Shown here: piece by piece, positions 61,536 through 64,000 of the stretch
Layout of the letters: each line of letters opens with the position of its first letter
How positions within the stretch are numbered: the first letter of the stretch is position 1
From: Macrostomum lignano
Taxonomy: Eukaryota
Length of the DNA: 64,000 nucleotides
Assembly (NCBI GenBank): GCA_002269645.1
Contig: NIVC01001350.1
Span: 1-64,000 of the forward strand
Direction: 5' to 3'
The notes under the pieces: generated by a model
The model's database searches: none
The model's input: the letters and a program-made list of their open reading frames with translations, nothing else
What the model was told of the DNA's origin: nothing
Position numbers and translations under genes: made by a program

Positions 61536-62361
61536 GATTTCGGTTGAAAATGTTGAGTTACGTGTCTCGGAATGGTATTTCTGCATATCTGAGATTTAAC
61601 CAACTGAGTATTAATATAACCAAGAAGTGATGTTGGGGTGGGGGGGCACGAACTCCGATGGCCTTCTATTTACACTGTGTCGTAAATTATGTTCTGCGTT
61701 GTAATCGGATAAATTTGGCTGATTTTAGGTGAAGTTATGGCCAATAACTAGTTAGCTCGCATGTTTTCGGTCCTATCTACATGTATTTTATGGGCTGGTC
61801 TGTCATGATACTGGGCGAGTTTTGGAATAAATCTTTCATAGCATCTTCTAGTGGCACCGACTCATTGCACATATTGACAAGAAGTTCGTACATTTTCTGG
61901 CATTAATAATTTCTGAGCATTTCTTGTTTGTCTCGAAACAGCACATCTGAGCACATCTGATCTGTCTGGGCTCGTCAGTAGTACACTACGGAATTCACGC
62001 ATCTGTTGCGCTTGAATCACGTCAGATCGCGCTTGAGTCACGTGCGATCGATGTTACCGAATCTACGAGTAAAAAAATCTATTAAAAAAATTATTGGCCT
62101 TCGAACTTTGAACACAGCGTGAAGAAGTAGCTGGAGTTTTAACTTAAAATTAGTTTGTTTTCAACCGCATATATTTCAGCACAACTACTTTTTATGAGCC
62201 AAAGGGTAAAAACAAGTTGTTAGCTACGCGCATAAATATTAAATAGCATAGTAATTTAACTGTTTGCATAGGTGCACTTGATAAATAGGTTTTTATGTGA
62301 ACTTATTCCATCGCAAGTCCGACACAGTTCAAGTAACAATTCAAAGTAGATCAAATTTACG

Positions 62362-64000
62362 TCATGTGGTTAGCTGCTTGACCAGGAAGCAAAGTGTGGT
62401 GAACAGTTTGTCGGGCTCTGTGTCGGTAAGATTCTCTCCCATTAGTGAGCACAGCTGATGGTACAGGCTGTAGGACAGCTGCTGTCGAGACACCAGAGCA
62501 GGGATTTCCTTGGAGGCCTGCTCGAGACTGGAGGACAGACGCGCTGACGGTTCTTCGGTGTGCGCGCACTCCTCTTTCAGCTGAATCAGGCCCTTCTGCA
62601 GCTGCTCAAGCTCCAGGCTAACTGACGGCAGCGAGACCTTCGGCACTTCATAGTCAAACTGTTGTCGAAGACGCGCCAGTTCCTCAGGCGTCAGTTTGCT
62701 GCGTGCAGTTCTGCGAACGTAGTCCAGCACGGTCTCGCGGCCGGAACTGTCCGGAATGCGAGCGATGGTCTCGATAGAGGTCAGTCGGAAGCCCGGCGCA
62801 TAGCGCTTCCTTCCGGAATTCATAAAGTTGCCCAGCACCAGAAAGTAGGTGAGCAGCTTCTGCAGGATAGGCCGGCACGTCAGGCTGCGGCTGCAGGCGC
62901 GACTGAGGCACTCAATCTTCTGGTTACAATCGCTGCAGCGGTCGCGATACGAGTCCAAGAACGCTATGACCTGCAGCTTGGTAGGCACACGCTCGATGCA
63001 GGCAAGACGAACATAAAATTGGTCGGCCTCGCCAAGCTGATGCAACCGATTATAATTTTTGGCCACTAGTTTGATGTCGGAGCGAGATGCAGGTAGGAAC
63101 TTGTGGAGAATCTCAGCCATTTCGCCGCTGATCACATTGGTGTCGATTGCTTCGATTGCGCGACAAATCTCCGCATCCTCCACGCGGAAACGACGCTTCG
63201 TGATCACCAGATTCTGTGCCGTGCGTTCATCTAGAAGTACGGTCTTCTGGTCCTGGTCTTGCTTTTGCTGCGGAAGATGCGGTTGGTGCAGCTGACGGCC
63301 ACCCGCGAGTCCCTTAGGACCTGGCGCCGTTTCTTTTGACGCAGGTCCAGGCCTGTACAAACGCCCAGGAGTTGCCGGTGTCATGTGGCTGAACTTGCGT
63401 TGGAAGTCGCCTAAATCGAGGTCTTTCAGTAAGTTTTCCTGTTCTTGTTGAGCAGCCTCGAAGACAGTTCCTTTGACAGTGTACAACGGATCCCAGTGAC
63501 AGGCAGGCAGATGAGTCCGGCTATTGATCAGCCCTGAGTAGTCCTCTTTGAGTCTGTCGTAGACTGATTCGTAGTAGTCAATTTCCGGATTCTCGGGTGC
63601 GGGTCGCCCACCTCCGTCTACAGTTGACGGTGGTGGTGGCGGAGGAGGTGCTGGCGGTGGCGGCGGCGGAGGTGTCGGTAAAGGTGCTGGCACTTTCTGA
63701 TTCTGCGAGCTAGTGGTGGTGACCAGCCTGGATGCAGAAGCCACCGGAGGCTGCGCCGACTTCTTGGTTTTTAAGTCTTCGATTTCTTCCATAGCGTCAC
63801 TTAGCTTCTGACCACTTTGCGATAGTTGCTTCTCCAGGTGATTAATCTCATCTCGTAGAACTTCGTTGCGAGCCTCCGCTATGGAGGCTCGATCAGCAAT
63901 CAGTTGAACATCAATGTGCAACACCTTGATCTTTCCAATGAGTTCGTCCAGACTGTTTAAGGTGTATTTCTCCTCGAGGTCGGTGGTATCCTGCACACTC
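62362..64000 (-). CDS. Formin, FMNL/FRL-like (coiled coil, polyproline FH1, FH2); 5' end outside the window
   Basis: Uninterrupted frame of more than 544 codons: coiled coil, PPPPPPPAPPPPPPP, then LPACHWDPLYTVKGTVF (lasso), LLDERTAQNLVIT, GNFMNSGRKRYAPGFRLTS and TVLDYV. A possible acceptor TGTGCAG lies at ~63991. Confidence 0.88.
   Translation of the reverse strand, partial: SVQDTTDLEEKYTLNSLDELIGKIKVLHIDVQLIADRASIAEARNEVLRDEINHLEKQLSQSGQKLSDAMEEIEDLKTKKSAQPPVASASRLVTTTSSQNQKVPAPLPTPPPPPPPAPPPPPPPSTVDGGGRPAPENPEIDYYESVYDRLKEDYSGLINSRTHLPACHWDPLYTVKGTVFEAAQQEQENLLKDLDLGDFQRKFSHMTPATPGRLYRPGPASKETAPGPKGLAGGRQLHQPHLPQQKQDQDQKTVLLDERTAQNLVITKRRFRVEDAEICRAIEAIDTNVISGEMAEILHKFLPASRSDIKLVAKNYNRLHQLGEADQFYVRLACIERVPTKLQVIAFLDSYRDRCSDCNQKIECLSRACSRSLTCRPILQKLLTYFLVLGNFMNSGRKRYAPGFRLTSIETIARIPDSSGRETVLDYVRRTARSKLTPEELARLRQQFDYEVPKVSLPSVSLELEQLQKGLIQLKEECAHTEEPSARLSSSLEQASKEIPALVSRQQLSYSLYHQLCSLMGENLTDTEPDKLFTTLCFLVKQLTT

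Overview
Eukaryotic (animal) genomic DNA, not prokaryotic. It has GC-rich exons with GT-AG introns, and nearly every long intron and intergenic gap holds its own minisatellite. The style resembles free-living flatworms such as Macrostomum, but that is inference only. About 40% of the window is tandem repeat, and most long ORFs in the supplied track are repeat translations. Six protein-coding genes were assembled by hand from splice sites and reading-frame phase. (1) The 3' part of a 10-formyltetrahydrofolate dehydrogenase (ALDH1L, +, 2924-6880) with a 1-nt frameshift. (2) An NR2C/TR2-TR4/Hr78-type nuclear receptor (+, 19346-29748) with an antisense tRNA-Ala(CGC) in intron 1. (3) A 7-exon gene that is fragmented across the ORF track (-, 36115-41265), encoding a 477-aa secreted, probably GPI-anchored protein with two Cys-rich domains. 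(4) A class A GPCR with an intronless CDS (+, 49722-51392). (5) A 7-repeat protocadherin (-, about 57241-61535). (6) The 3' part of an FMNL-like formin (-, 62362 to the window end). Mobile DNA includes two copies of a tRNA-derived SINE, a hAT-type MITE carrying a 28S rDNA H69-H71 fragment, and repeated TACATGTA Tc1/mariner-type excision footprints, two of which sit inside repeat arrays that supply the empty-site sequence. No CRISPR array is present. All protein-family calls are from recognition of motifs by eye; no database search was run.
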